DNA of 64,000 nucleotides from Eledone cirrhosa (taxonomy: Eukaryota). The translations under genes and the position numbers were made by a program. Positions 39,701 through 53,905 of the stretch are shown in pieces. The stretch spans positions 2,918 through 66,917 of the forward strand of contig CAXHJY010000044.1 in the NCBI GenBank assembly GCA_964016885.1. Direction: 5' to 3'. Each line of letters begins with the position of its first letter. Within the stretch, counting starts at the first letter, position 1. The notes below the pieces were generated by a model. It was not told the origin of the DNA. It did not search any database and saw nothing but the letters and a program-made list of their open reading frames with translations.

Positions 39701-42450
39701 GGATAACAAATTATCGTTATAGGTAATCCAGTTAGAGGTTGTGAATACTCCGTATTGTGGATAGTTTTAGTGTACGGCGTTGTGTGACTCATCAAGAGGT
39801 TTCTTTAGGTAGCGAGTTTGTGAGTTCTCGGGAATTCCTGTGCAGGTTAATCTTGGCGTATTAATAGTGAAAGAGTGAACAATAGCTTGGTCAACAGTAC
39901 AAAAAGGGTTTTATTTACAGTATTAACAATTGTTTAATTGATTACGTTGTCTAAAATTGCTAATCACTTGAAGTTGTGTTACTTAATTTTAAATACAATG
40001 CATGCTTAACCAAATCATCAGAAAAACTGATTAAAATTATACACGGCGTTTGTAATATACTAAGAAAATTCAAATCACATCATCATTAATAAAGAAAGAA
40101 AAAGAAAAAAAAAAAGAAAAAGAGGGAGAGAAAAAGAAAGGAGAAAAAAGAAAAGAGAAAAAAGAAAAGAGAAAAAAGAAAAGAGAAAAAAGAAAAGAGA
40201 AAAAAGAAAAAAAGATAAAGAAAAATAATAAATAAATAATAATAAATAAGTTAGAATGAAGATGATAAAAAAATAAAAAAATAAATTTTTATGTGTGCGA
40301 AGAAAAGTGAACATAATATGATTGTTGAAAATAGTTGTGGTGTTGGTGGTTAAAATATTAAGATATGATGGTATAACATGAACATACTAAATATATACAT
40401 ATATGTCATGGTTAAATTAATAAATTAATAAATTGGAAGTTATGTTAGAAGTGAAGAGAATACGAAATGATATAATGTAAGAGGTGAAATAGATTTAGGG
40501 AAAGAGAGTGAAAGAGAGAAAAGTTAGGTGGTTATGATGTTGATTCAGTGATTAGTTGATTTATTGACAGTTAATAATAATAATAATGGGTTATTATAAT
40601 AGATTCAGGGGGTACAGTTTGAATTATGGAATTGTTGGTTTGAATCAAGTTGGTTTGAAATTAGCGAATTTAGTAGCTGCTTTATGCCTACAGAAAATTG
40701 ACCTTTCTATTTTGCTGTTAAGCAGCATTTTATCATATTTTAAAATATGGAGCAACTCCATATTGCAAAGTCTGCAGTGGAACATTCCATTTTTGTAGGC
40801 ATTTGCCCCTGACAGTTTCGACCAGCTAATCCAGTATTCTTGGTTTGTATCTTTAAGTTGCCAGATTTTATTGGCGAGCGTTGTTGTGTGCATTAGTCTA
40901 CGGTTATTTATAGAGTGTCTGTGGACGTACCATCATTTTTTGAACTCTCCCAATGTAGAACCTATGTAGTGCCATGCTAAGTTGCCTGAATTTATAGTAC
41001 ACAGGTACACTATATTTGACTCCAGGCATCTATTTTGTAGTTGGCACTTATCCGGTAAGTGACAGTTACGTTTTGAGGCCTTCCTGTGTGCCGGTTTACC
41101 GATGCGGTTTTGTATATTGTTATGTATGGGCTGAGATTTGGGTTTGTTGATGTTTTGTTGTGATGCGTTCTGACGTGTGTGTGGTTGTGACGTTGTTATG
41201 TGTTTGTATTTTGTATTTGGTGTTATGGTGTTTGTTTGTAGGTTATTTTCATTAGAGATTCTTTGATAGTAATTTTATGTATGTGTGATTCTATGTTGGT
41301 TGCAGTAGAGTAAGATAGTTTGATAGTATTTCTATTAAAGATTTTATGGTACTTGTGAAGTTTAGGGAAGTGCTTGTCAATTAATTTAAAGAATGTAGAA
41401 GTTATTTTGGTTTTTATAGAGGAGTTAAATATTAGATTGAACCATAAGTATTTCTTATCTCTGGATTTTCTATAGTTCCTAGGGATCCTTATATTAGTAT
41501 TCGGTTCATTTATTTCTGGTGCTCGTTGTCTATTTCTATGTTTAGTCCTATATTTGTTATTTATATAGGTGTGGGTGGTGTTATTGCTGTTAAGTGTGTT
41601 GTTGTTTGTATGTGGTATGTATTTGAGCCTCTCCTCCTGGCCTGCCTTAAGTAAAGCTATATTGTAGTAGTTCGCGTTTTCATTAAAAATCTCTAGGTTA
41701 GAAGATAAGCGTGAAATTCTAAGGGATATACTATGGGCTATGGAGTTAATTATGGTGCGAGGGTGATTTGAGTTATAACTAATGTAGGCTAGATTTTCGT
41801 TATTTTTATGGAAGGGCTCTATTGAGAGATACATCCAAGAAGATAGCTTTTTTAAAGTTGAGTTCGAAGGTGATGCCTAGGACTACGTAGTTTATTGAAG
41901 AAGGTTCTAATCTTTTTATGTAATCTTTCCATGTTTGATTATTCAAGTTTTTAGCTAAAAGTAGAGTATCGTCTCTATAAATTCCTCCCTGGCGGTTATC
42001 AAATTCCTTATGTAAGTTATGCGCTATATATATTCCAACCATGTCTGTTACTTGAGCTGAGTCGTTAGATCCCATAGTGATATTAAAGCTATTCTGTCTG
42101 TTTTTTCTTTCCCAGTAACTATTATCGAACCTAATGAAAGTACTTCTAGCAGCTAGTATTATTCTAATTTCATTAGAGGATAGGTCCGAGATTTTCTGTG
42201 CAAAGGTTAGTGCCTTATTTAGGGTGACTGGGTAAATAGAGGAATAGTAGTCATTGATGTCAAACTGTATGAAGTCGGATGTTTCCTTATTGTCTAATTT
42301 GCTAAACCAATCTATTGCTTCGTTAGTGTTACCCCAAAGCTTAATTATTAGTTTGTCTTTAATTTGTGGTATTCTATCTAGTATATACTTGTTATTTCTA
42401 CCTTTATCCGATTTCGATGGACATATTAATCTAATAGTGGGGTCAGTATA
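39701..42450 (-). mobile_element. 5'-truncated, decayed Naiad-type Penelope-like retroelement (RT plus C-terminal GIY-YIG)
   Basis: IRLICPSKSDKGR, FIQFDINDYYSSI, FNITMGSNDSAQV, GIYRDD, SNHP, WFN...LIDKHFPK.HKYHKIFNRNTIKLSYS, NIVY...YIGST, CRLC..E...LLNSK; frameshifts and stops; 3' pLTR down to (TA)n. Confidence 0.9.
39918..40029 (-). ncRNA. Degenerate HHR in the Naiad 3' pLTR
   Basis: CAGUUUUU-CUGAUGA-UUUGGUUA...UAAUCAAU-UAAAC AAUU GUU-AAUACUG; GAAA has mutated to UAAA. Confidence 0.55.
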
Positions 42451-42454
42451 ATCA

Positions 42455-42610
42455 CCCAGAAACATTAGTGTCTGCAGTTCTGTTTACATGCCAACACACG
42501 GGCAAGAATGAGGGCTCATTCTACTGATATGGCTTAAAAAAAGAGGCTGTTTGCATAATTGGAAACGAATCGAATATTATTGTCAATATTCGAAAAACTC
42601 AGATTACATT
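42455..42610 (+). mobile_element. Inverted family Z pLTR fragment at the Naiad 5' truncation, with the 3' half of an HHR
   Basis: GAAACATTAGTGTCTGCAGTTC...CGAAAAACTCAGATT matches 37927-38075. Confidence 0.7.
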
Positions 42611-43989
42611 TATATATATGTGTGTGTCTGTCTGTGTGTTTGTGTGTCTGTCTGTGCGTGCGTGCGTGCGTGCGTGTGTGTGTGTATGTGTGTTTTGAAT
42701 GGTTAAAAATGACTCCGCCACTATGTAACTGCTTTAGTTGCAACACACAGTCTCATATCAAGTCACTTGCCAAACATACACAGCTATGAATTTTTCGTTT
42801 TATTTCTGTTCAATTAGAAGTTTAATAGATTTTTACGACTAATCTTAAAATACCAAAGAAGACATTGGGAAGGAAAATGTTCCTCAATTTATACCATCAA
42901 GCGCCATTTTCATTAATTGAATACATTGAAATATAAATAAAATTGGTCGATCAATAAATATACATCTCAAGAGTCCAACTAGAAAGTAATTGATCTTTCA
43001 TCGGTTGTACGATGAGCATTCAGTTATTCATTCAACTGAACATCCTACTAATAAATTAACGTATACGTGGTTGGATATTCTACAGATACGTGTGCACTTA
43101 ATTTAATTGCCAAACTGAATTAGCAAACCCATCCCACCCGACAGGCTTTCACAGTTTCCGTTTATCCAATTCTTATTCACGATTTTTACGTCGATCCGAG
43201 GCTATAGTAAATAAATTTAGCCAATATTCGGCCCCATAGGATCGAAATCAGGACCACACTGTTGACAAGTGATCTTCACAAACAGTCAGCTCTCTCTGCA
43301 TCTATCTAGAGTGAATAAAAAATTAAATAATATCATGTGTAAACAGAACTACGCTGTTAAAAAATTTCTGTCATTTGTTAGCTATTTATATACAACTTTA
43401 CTACTACTAAGTTTGTATAATTGGCATTTTCGTTTCGATAATTTCATCACAACTTTTCTTCTCCATTGAACCAGCCTTTTCATCTATATGTTTAATGCTA
43501 CAGCAGTTTATTGAACGAGTCAAAATTTGAAATATTTTGAAATAAAATTACAGTAGATGTCGTTGAATAAAATATAGTCGTCATAAAAATAATTATGATA
43601 CTAATTGAAGTTGAAAAATAATAGACTGTAGTTGAAAAATACATCTCCGTAGTTCATGAATGGGGAAAATTAACTATCAGACTTGAACGGTGCTATTAAA
43701 CTTCAATCGAGTAAATGAACTCTCAAATCTACATTTTTTTTTAGAAAAAAAAGATTAAATATGTCCAAATAATAATAGTGTCTTTAAAAATTGGTTTGAT
43801 CTGGAGGATGGAACTGTATTCATGGCCGTCGCAGATCCTTCAAGACCGTTGAGGTTGATTATGTTAACGTTCCACTTAAAATAGTTTAAATCGATAGATA
43901 CAAGAAAAACTTATTGTGCTTGGCTCTTAAATCCTTCAGGAAAAAAATCTGTATATATATATGTGTGTATCTGACTGATAAAATGACAA

Positions 43990-44185
43990 GTCAGTCAATC
44001 ATATCCGTAGCCTCCCACAGCCCCGGCGGACAGAATGTTTCCTCGGAGGACGGCAAGGGAGACGCGCTGGAAAAGCCGTTCCAGCTCGCGAGGCACACAC
44101 CTGCAGCTGGCCAGCTCAGCGCCTATGGTGGTGAGTAGGGAGGTAACCCTAGGGCCAAGGACTACAGAAGTCTCCACTGCCAAAG
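43990..44185 (-). mobile_element. 3' end of a CRE-clade (RLE) non-LTR retrotransposon
   Basis: AVETSVVLGP...LFQRVSLAVLRGN is typical of the CRE C-terminus. Confidence 0.7.
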
Positions 44186-44531
44186 AAAAATATGTGCAAG
44201 AAAAATATCTACAAGAAAAATATGTGCATAGAAGAATTTCCAGAGGAACAACGTTTTGTCAAAGAAGGGCTGAACGTAATGGTTAGTGTGAGCCACGCAG
44301 AGTGGGTGGGTAAGCATGGTGATGAGAGGAGGAAAAACATGTGGGTCGGGAATGCCGGAGTGGAGGTGATGTGACCATTTAAATTCGAAGAACTAAAGTT
44401 ACTTTCCTATCGGTAGAAACAACTGGAAATGAATTTGTGAGCGATTTCATCCTACTCAGTCGAGAGGAATTACTATTCTTGTTAATTAGACATACTGTAA
44501 CGTGTTTCCAAATGGGGAGATATATACCTCA

Positions 44532-44586
<55 letters not shown>

Positions 44587-44639
44587 GAGGAGGGGAGGGG
44601 GAGAGAGAGGAGATAAAGAGGGAATATATATATATATAT

Positions 44640-44765
44640 AGTAATAATAATAAATTTGAAGACTAAAATCCAAAGAGGGCTCGATAAGGATAAATATGAG
44701 TTTCAGAAGATCCCGTTAAGGGTGAAATCAGCGATTCTTTGCTTAAACTTTAATCTGTTATTTTA

Positions 44766-44770
<5 letters not shown>
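44640..44770. mobile_element. pLTR tail (-) plus arm (+) of the 58632-58854 family
   Basis: Direct homology; GAAGA-UCCCGUUAAGGGU-GAAA UCAGCG AUU. Confidence 0.65.
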
Positions 44771-44813
<43 letters not shown>

Positions 44814-47800
44814 CGGAAAGAGAGAGAGGAGAGTTTGTTGACGATTCGGGGTAGATGATATATGTCTCTGATTAATTATTCAATCACACTCTGTCCACTC
44901 TCATACGCATACACGCTATATATGCATAACTATGACTCTACATGACCAAAAGAAGGCGATGAGATATCTACATATTGAATTATAGCAATATACATGTGCA
45001 TGACAAGCATGCCACTCTATATATCTAGATTTAAATGCTCAGTAATAAGCAGAAGTAAAATGGCTGAAATTATTTTGAAAACATTTTATATTGGCAGGAT
45101 GGATCGAGAGGATTCTCGAGAACCTTTTCAATAAAAGGATACTCCCAAATCAGTATGGTTTGATTTTGAAGTTTACCTTCTGCAAGGTTTTATTTTATTT
45201 TCGTGAGTGTAATCACTTATTTGGGTATATCTACAACCCGGCGCAATTATGTACACGAAAAATTTCACGAACATCAGACTTTCTTAAAAATAAAAACAAA
45301 AATACTCCAGTAATAGGAATGCTGCAGATCTTCCTTGTGATATATATGTAGACAACAATTAATTTATTTTATCCTTCTTTACTTCGATTTCAACCAATTC
45401 ATTTATTGGCAACAATAAAAAACAGTAAACAAAGAATAACAATAGAATTACCCAATATATATTAATTTACTAAAGGTTTTTTTAATTTAGCCATTTAATT
45501 TATTTCTAAATAATTCTTTAAAGCACCAGTAAATACTCTGAACGGGAAGTAGCGAAAAAAAAAAAAAAAAGAATATATTGTGATATAAATCTATACTTAT
45601 TATCAAGCAAATTATACATAATATAAAATCCGTTATAAACTGTCTTTTGTTAGATGTTTCAAAGTAAACAACTTGAACAAACACAACCATACGTTCATTA
45701 TATTCTAACTTTTGATAGTGTTTTCATTAGCTGGAATAATTTTAATCGGCTTATCACATAACAGATAACTAATTATTTTGGATATTTGAATGTAAATACT
45801 TCATGAAAGATATTAAAAAAATCAATGACTTAAGCAGATTTTGGTGTTATAGTTATTCCTAATCAGCTTCTTTTAAGCAGATCTAACGGCGCAATGGTAG
45901 GTGATGAATATATTCTCCTTACTGAATAGCACGTGTCTTTTATTGGTTATTTTTTAAAGATTGGTTGGGTGGAATGGTTTCTACTCAATCGTTTAATCAC
46001 ACTCTATGGCAGTATAATATTGATATGGTTTGTGCTCATCTTGAATAACTGCAAGTCACGGAATTCAGGAAAACATGGACAGGGAAGGATTTATAGAAGA
46101 TTGACGTTCGGGGTGGGAGTGGTGGACTTAGGCATAGTTGTTAATGCGTGTTATTGTGGCACCAAATACAATATGGGCGACGAGAGGTGGAGAGACGAGG
46201 AGATAATATATGACCCTAAATAAAGATGGCATGAGATTAGCTAATTCCTAGAAGCAGAGGACATTGTTGTGGTGGGCAAAAAAGCAAGACAAAGTGACTA
46301 TGCATTTGGGGATCCCAGGCTATAGTGTGTTGGTGAGAGGCATCATGATTTGGGAGCACTCCTCTATTGAGGTTCATATGTGGCTTCTATAGAGTTAGCA
46401 AATGTTGAGAGTTGAAGCATTTTCTAATTGTAAAGAGCTTGGTTAATGTTTGTAATGCAGTTTCCTCTAGGTCGTGATAATATCATCACGGGGAGCGGTC
46501 ATTACTGGTTGGGAAGCCGAACAATAATAACAACATTGAACAATTTTAGATGTCCATGATCAGGCATTTTTCTTTGACTTGTACAGCCTTAATATCAAGC
46601 CATAAGTCGTATAATGCAATCTATTGTTCAGTGCTTGATTGATTTCAATGCATTGTGGTAATCGAAAAATATTTTACTCTTAGGTTTATTCATATATCAT
46701 CAAACATATTGACTGCTGGGAACCGTAGCAGAAACAGACAGTGTAAAGTCTGTACATGTGAGATCACGTATATTCCTTGAAGATTCAATTGATATTGAGG
46801 CTAGCATCATAATATTCAATATGATTGGGCAATATTGGCAAGAGATTAAATAGTTCTACACTGAAGACAAGTTATGGGAACTGTTCAGCAGATTTCAATA
46901 ATATTTAGGAAATATTTTCCGTTTTTGAAAAGTTATTTAATCCAAAATTCTGGAGAAGAAAATATTTTAAGTCTCCAACAAACTTAGCAATGCATAAGGA
47001 CTATAGATGTTTTTACATCCAAGTGACTGGAGGAATCAAACAGTTAAAGTAGAAGCAGCATAGAGAATAAAGGAGTATGAAAATATTGAAGAACTGGAAT
47101 TAGAGGGAAGAGCCTATAATTTGGAGTTTTCTAAGTGTTTATGCAGATTTAACAATGAGGGAGGAACCTGGATCAAAGTTATATTTAGACTCGACTGTGT
47201 GGTTCAGAAACCAACGGCATAGTTTCTGATTCAATCTCACAGCGTAGTACTTTGAGCAAGTATCTTCTGCCGTTGCCTCAGGTGGGTCAAATCATCATTA
47301 GGAATTACATTTGAATAACTGCTCCAGCTGAACCTTAGATTTCTTTAGTGAAGCCTACTATGCTGCATGCATTCAGGTCAGGTATTCTGAATGAGGTTAA
47401 CTCCCGCATAATTGCTCAACAGCCCCAGAGGCCCTGGAATAAAGCGTTAAACTTTATCTAAGACATTACAAAAAATGTCTAAGGCTTTCATATATTTTAG
47501 TTATCAAACATGTCTAAGCAAATAAAAATATTTACCATGATGTCTCAATATTTTACATTGATGTGTAAACAGGTAGAACTGCAAGCTTTAACAATAATAA
47601 CAACAACAATGACAAGGCAAACTTATATACAACAAAAACGACAACAGCATCAACAACAAAACAACGACAATATCTTTGAACTTAGGAGAATAAGCCCATG
47701 GCAAATCTGTAGGAAAGATATTGACAACAACAAAACAGGAGATAGCATGACATATCTATTAGAAGATACTTTTACAGAATAGAAATCCTCACTGATGTAT

Positions 47801-49168
47801 GATATAATAGCAAAACTTTGTATCAAGAGATATGGAAAATATTATCTTTTCCATGAGATACGACGAGGAATATATTGTTTAACAGAAGCCCTAAATTTCC
47901 ATATCCCAAGGCCTCTTTCAGCAGCATCACACATGATTTATTAGAAGTTGCATATGAATGGTTACTTAGGTAGGCGTTAACGGAAGAATTTAATACTTTG
48001 TTTTTGCCAGCCGTTTTTTGTTTTTGCAATGATATTAAGGATGTAGTATTTTTAAAACTATATTTCTTTTTGCAAATATCCAACACATTCAATGTAGAAT
48101 GTCCTCTTCGATAGTTCGAGACATGTTGACAGATTTTGCTGTTTTAGGTGTTCGAAAATTTGTATACAAGAAATGTTCCATATGATTATGAAGAATTGTG
48201 AACATAAAAATATTGTTATCTGTTATATTATAGAAACGTCATAGCGCTTGACTTGTGGCGTTGTATTCGTGTTCATAAAAAAAAACTATTGGGAAACACT
48301 TTATGGCTTAACCGAAAAAAAATAAATAAACATAGAACCAGAAAGACTTAAATGATAACTGATATGTGAAGTTAGAATTCCTTTACACACTGCTTGTTAA
48401 AAAAACCCAACATAACTTTGTACATTTTGAAAGTTTTTACATATCCACCGCCCATAAATTCTGCATTTGATAGAGATAAAAACATACGATCATAATCAGT
48501 GAAAGAGCCTCTACGTGGCTGCTGAATATGCTAGAAATAGTAGCCAAATCTATTGCAAATCACATTCTATCATTTTGAAAAATGCAGGACACATTCGATA
48601 ATGTAGTTCTGGACATAATATCTAGAACTTCATTATCTAACACGTCCTCCATTTTTTAAGATGGTAGAATAGGGAGGTTCAGGCTAACACTACAGATAGA
48701 AAAGATCCGTATCCTTCTCGCAAACTAAGTAGAAACAGTGAACATCTCGGATTCAATACACAAAATATGTATATGTCAAATAACCGAAATTCAAACTTCA
48801 CTACGTTTGAAAGTCTATCGCACATAGTGCAAGGAAGCTTCAGGATTTGCTTGTATCACAGAAACGGTGTTTCTGACTATTTAGACTTGAGACATTGGAG
48901 TTTTGACAAACGAGCATACTGACTATTGACCCTCCTGATGTTGCTCTTTCATTTTAAGTCTCCATTCTGTATCATTGAAATTCGGCAATATCCATCCTTA
49001 ATCGAGATATTATTCTTACAATTATTTAACTGAAAAAATTCAGTTTACATTCATTTTATTGCCTGATTGTGTACGGGGATTTCCCGAGATGAAGTTTGGG
49101 GATATGTAATGGAGAATTAACACGAAAGAATATTATATAACCCCCCCCCCATCCACACACATAAATAT

Positions 49169-49199
<31 letters not shown>

Positions 49200-49204
49200 G
49201 TATT

Positions 49205-49390
49205 ATAATTGTTTCTACTTTTGGCACAAGGCCACCAATTACCCAGTGTATTACTGGTACTTTATTTTATCGACCCCATAAGGATGAAAGGCAAAGTTAA
49301 CCTCGGCGGGATTTGAACTCAGAATGGCAAGGGCCGTAACTCTATGCGTCAAAGCATGGCGTCCGATCCTCTACCGATACTGCGAATCCA
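49205..49390 (-). mobile_element. tRNA-derived Nin/Deu-like SINE
   Basis: Match to the family at 15919. Confidence 0.85.
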
Positions 49391-49580
49391 TGAAATTAAG
49401 TTGGTTATTTATGTTCTGATTATGTACGGAGATCGCCGATATAATATTAGATGTTAAATTGCTAAAGTCTCCTGTAAGGAAAAAATAGAGAGAGAAAGTA
49501 AGAGGAGGAAGATGAAGGACATAAAGAGAGAATAAAGAGAGAAGAGAGAACGAGAGAAAGAATAGAAATATGTATGTGGA

Positions 49581-49728
49581 AGAGCTCAAGCCGTTTCGAC
49601 GGCTATTTCCGTCGAAACGGCTTGAGCTCTGCCGTCGGGATTAAACATTTTCCTATTACCCACTCTACTACCCTAAGTATTGAGTACACTGGTGCGTTAT
49701 GGTCGATCTGGTTCCTTACCACATTTCC
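49581..49728 (+). mobile_element. Short fold-back plus tail (tail also at about 11255-11322, -)
   Basis: AGAGCTCAAGCCGTTTCGACGG / CCGTCGAAACGGCTTGAGCTCT; CTCTACTACCCTAAGTATTGAGTAC. Confidence 0.6.
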
Positions 49729-49874
49729 TATATATACATGTATATATACATACACATATATTAATAACAATAATAATAATAACGACAACAACAACAATAA
49801 TAATATACAAATACATATATATATACACACACACGCAAACACATAAACATATCTATACACACACACGATAACAA

Positions 49875-52800
49875 CTAACAGCGCTGCGATCGAATGTGGC
49901 TTTTTAGCCCAGCCAATGATCTAAAATGTCTTGCACAGAGTCGGCAACCAAAACATTCAATGGGAATAGCCGGCTGTGGTTGGAGTTCATGTACTTTTAC
50001 ATGTCGCTTGAGCGCTCCTGCTGATTTACATTCTCTACCACATGCTTGGCATGCATGATGAGTAGCATCTCCAACAGCAGCCTGGTAGTCAACCACTGGT
50101 CTTACTTTATGACTGCGAAGATGACTTTCGTGTCCAGCTTTGTTTAGGCAGAGACTCGCACAGACGCTGCATGTCAGCACTATAGGAGGACCCTCGCCGT
50201 CTGGAAGTGCAACAGCAATGCCCTTCCTCACATCCTGCTTTACTTTCTCGTATGCGATTCGAGATGCCTCAAAGACAACTTTTCCCTCATATACAGTCTT
50301 TCTCCATTTATTACGATCAGCAGCAATATTTTCTCATGTATCAGCAGAGATGTTAGCGTCTTTCAAAGAGGCTTTCAAAGAATCCTTATACCTCTTTTTT
50401 GGTTTATGTGGCGGTCGTTTTCCTTTAACTAACGCTCCATAAAAGAGTTGTTTTGGTATTCTAGAATCCTTCATCCTTTCCAAAATCTCGACATCACTGA
50501 TGTGGTCCCTTCAGTGAACGCCATGGATCCGTCTGAGACACATCTGATGGAAACGCTCCAATTGCTTAAGGTGGTGTCGATATGTGACCCAGGTCTCGCA
50601 GGCATAAAGAAGACAAGAGAGCACACAAGCCTTGTACTCCTTTACCTTTGTCCTCTTGCATATGTCTCGCCGACCCCAGAGTCGCCTTTCTAGCTTTCCG
50701 AAAGCATCACTTGCTTTCCTAATCCTAAGTGAGATTTCACTATCAAGGTTGCTGTATCGATTGACAGTGCTTCCCAGGTAGACAAACTGATCAACCACTC
50801 CAAGTCGTTTACCATACACATAGATATTTGGTTCAGTGTACTGCTTACCAGAGGCAGGTTGGTACATGACGACGGTTTTCTTTAGACTGACAGTCAATCC
50901 TAGGGCAGTGCAAGCGTCAGAAAATGCATTCAAAATGTGCTGCATATCACTCTGTGTGTGCGCTACAAGATCGCAATCATCTGCATACAAGAGGTCTCTT
51001 ATGATTGATGTAAATACTTTTGTCTTTGCAGCAAAGCGACTGATGTTAAATATGCTGCCTGAGGTTCGATATCGGATGTAAACACCATGCTCGCAATTCC
51101 TGAATGCAATACAGAAAACCATTGCAAAGTATATGGCAAAGTATAAGGGTCGGTGCTGGAATATCCCCCCGTTTCACTTCCTTTTTTTTACTGAGATAGG
51201 CTCCGACATGTTACCTCCGACATTAACCCAAGCCTTCATGTCGTCATGGAAAGACGTAACTAAAGCAAGGAACTTATCAGGGCAACCAAGTTTCTGGAGA
51301 ACCTTCCATAATACATCTCTGTTGTCAGATCGACAAAAACCTGATACAGATCCAAACCTTGTTCATGCATTTCTCCTGGAGCTGTCTAGCTGAGAAGATC
51401 ATATCAGTAGTGCCGCGTCCAGCACGAAAACCAGATTGACTTTCAGGAAGAACACAATCTGAAATGTGTGTCAGCAGACGGTCCAGAAGCACCCTACATA
51501 AAACTTTCCCAACGACAGAAAGCAAAGATATACCTCTGTAGTTCCCACAATCATTCCTAGAGTGAAGATGTTGCAGGAGTCTCTCACCACCATATTGTAG
51601 GAGCTCAGCATGTATGCCATCCATACCTGGAGACTTTCCACTGTTCAGCTTCGAGATAGCTACTGCAACCTCCACAAGCGTCGGAGTTTCTGCGAGAGCT
51701 ACTTTCACAGGACTTTCTGGAATGAGATTGAGGAAATCTTTACTGACGACAGACGGCTGATTCAAAAGATCATCAAAGTGCTCTCGCCACCTTCGTAGAA
51801 TTCCTTGTGAGTCACGAAGAAGTTCTTTGCCATCCTTGCTGCGAAGCGGTGTCACCAGAGAAGAAGACGGTCCATAAACCTCACGCAAGAGACTGTACAA
51901 CAGCTTTGTGTTATTGGAATCTGACGCAGTTTGTATCTAACCAGCCTTCTCACTCCACCACTCATCTTTCATCTGAGAAAGACTCCGCCTAACACGTAAT
52001 TTTACATCCTTGAGTTCCTTATGCAACGTATTCCTCTCCTGTGGTTTTGCCGTCAAGTAGCGTGACAGAGCATGCCTCTTATCAGCCAACAAGTCTTCTA
52101 TATGTACATCATTCTCATTAAACCAGTCCTGATGTTTTCTCTGCACCAATCCCAGAACACGCCTGCCTACATCATAAACCGACTTTTTAAGGATCGGCCA
52201 ATCCTCACCAAGATCTGCAACCTGCATCTCTTCTTCCAATGTCCTCTTCACATTTTTATCCTTAAGACGAGCAGCATTCAATCTTTTGGGCAGGGCAACA
52301 CCAGGAGCCCGGATTTTACGTTTAATGATTAGTTTCACTTTTGCGCGTACCAGGCGGTGGTCCGTCCAGCACTCAGCTCCACGAAGATCACGAACACACT
52401 GAACATCCTGTCTGTCACGCATCCTGACTAGGACGTAGTCCAAAAGATGCCATTCCTTAGATCCATGTGGTCTTGAATTTGTTCTTTTGTTGGAACATGG
52501 TGTTGGTAACACACAGATCCAGCTCCTCACACATCTGCAGCAGGGGCATACCATTGTTGTTACACTTTCCCACCCCATGCCTTCCGTTTACATTCCACGT
52601 ATTAAAATCCCTACCCACTCTAGCATTAAAGTCACCAAGCACGATGACTTTGTCTGCCTGAGGGATATTTCTTAAAGCACCTTTCAAGGCATGGTAAAAG
52701 GACACTTTTTCTTTTTCGACAGAATTCATAGTTGGAGCATACACACTCACCAGGGCCGCATATCTTCCTTTGTCCAGCGGAATTCTCATGGACATAAGAC

Positions 52801-53243
52801 GCCCACTAATCCCTACTGGGAATTCTTCTAATTTATTCACAAGTACAGTCTTAACAGCAAATCCTACCCCAGCCTCTCTTCTGGTTCCTTCATCTCTTCC
52901 TTTCCAGAAGAATGTATATTCTCCACAAAATTCTGTAAGATGACCATCTCCAGCTAACCTCGTCTCAGATAAAGCTACGATGTCAAGATCATAACGTCGA
53001 AGCTCCTTTGCAACAAGAGCGGTCCTTCGTTCAGGACACTCCAAGGAATCCCTGTCAAGCAGCGTCCGTACGTTCCAGCAGCCAAGACTAAATGCCTTGT
53101 TTGGCTCTATTACAATGGCACGATGACGAGCGGGCCCAGGCTGTGATAACCTGGGGCCCCTGCCCTTATTGCCAATTATCTTTTTTGTTCCATAACCTAA
53201 ATTGCCAATTATCTCTTTTATATTGTTCTGGAACATCATTGAA

Positions 53244-53278
<35 letters not shown>

Positions 53279-53560
53279 TAATAATAGTAACAATAATAAT
53301 AATAATAATAATGGTACACTATTAATAATTATTAATGCACTCGTGCAATGCCTGTGCGTGACGAATATTTTTAAAGTGAGGAAAGACTGTGCACTGAGCC
53401 AATCCCACTCTCTGAGCGACAGTAGCTATAACCCGAAAAGAAGAAAAGATCAACATCATGCGTAACTACTGAGCCGCAGGTTTTATGTCGGAGTTAACCC
53501 AGTTTCCTGAGATGCCTTCTCCTAGAAGAATGCCCTAAAAAGGGCTAAGGGTTCTTCACT
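49875..53560 (-). mobile_element. Near-full-length decayed RTE-clade LINE (APE endonuclease, RT, C2H2 zinc fingers)
   Basis: [77 protein letters not shown]; several frameshifts; 5'UTR about 53110-53560. Confidence 0.95.
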
Positions 53561-53569
53561 TCCAGTCGT

Positions 53570-53670
53570 TTAACTGCGCGTTTCATCCCCACGGAGTCAA
53601 CAAAAGAGAGTACCAGTGATGCTCTGGACCAGTCGCTGGATCCGTGCCAAAAGCAGAAAAAATTATTATT
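53570..53670 (+). mobile_element. Degenerate SINE 3' fragment
   Basis: TTTCATCCCACGGAGTCAAC...GTACCAGT...GTGCCAAAAGCAGAAA. Confidence 0.55.
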
Positions 53671-53842
53671 AAAGTTGTTTTCTTAAGGCCCGGTCGCTGG
53701 TGATGGTGATGGCGGCGGTGGTGGCAGTTGATGTTGTGTTGTGTGGGTGTGTGTGTGTGTTTTGTTATTTTGAGTTTTTTTGTTTGTTTGTGGTTTTTTA
53801 TTTTTTTTTATTTTTTATTATCTTTTGATGCCGCTGCCGGTG

Positions 53843-53874
53843 TTATACATATATATATATTCATATATACATAC

Positions 53875-53905
<31 letters not shown>

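Noticed and set aside
40930-40936. In-frame TGA in the Naiad GIY-YIG region (FKK*WY) as possible selenocysteine
   Set aside because: This position is normally Arg, so CGA>TGA decay is the simpler explanation; the copy is also frameshifted.
44900-49100. Long non-repetitive stretch as a candidate host exon region
   Set aside because: Short ORFs show no recognisable domains; probably old decayed repeats or intron.
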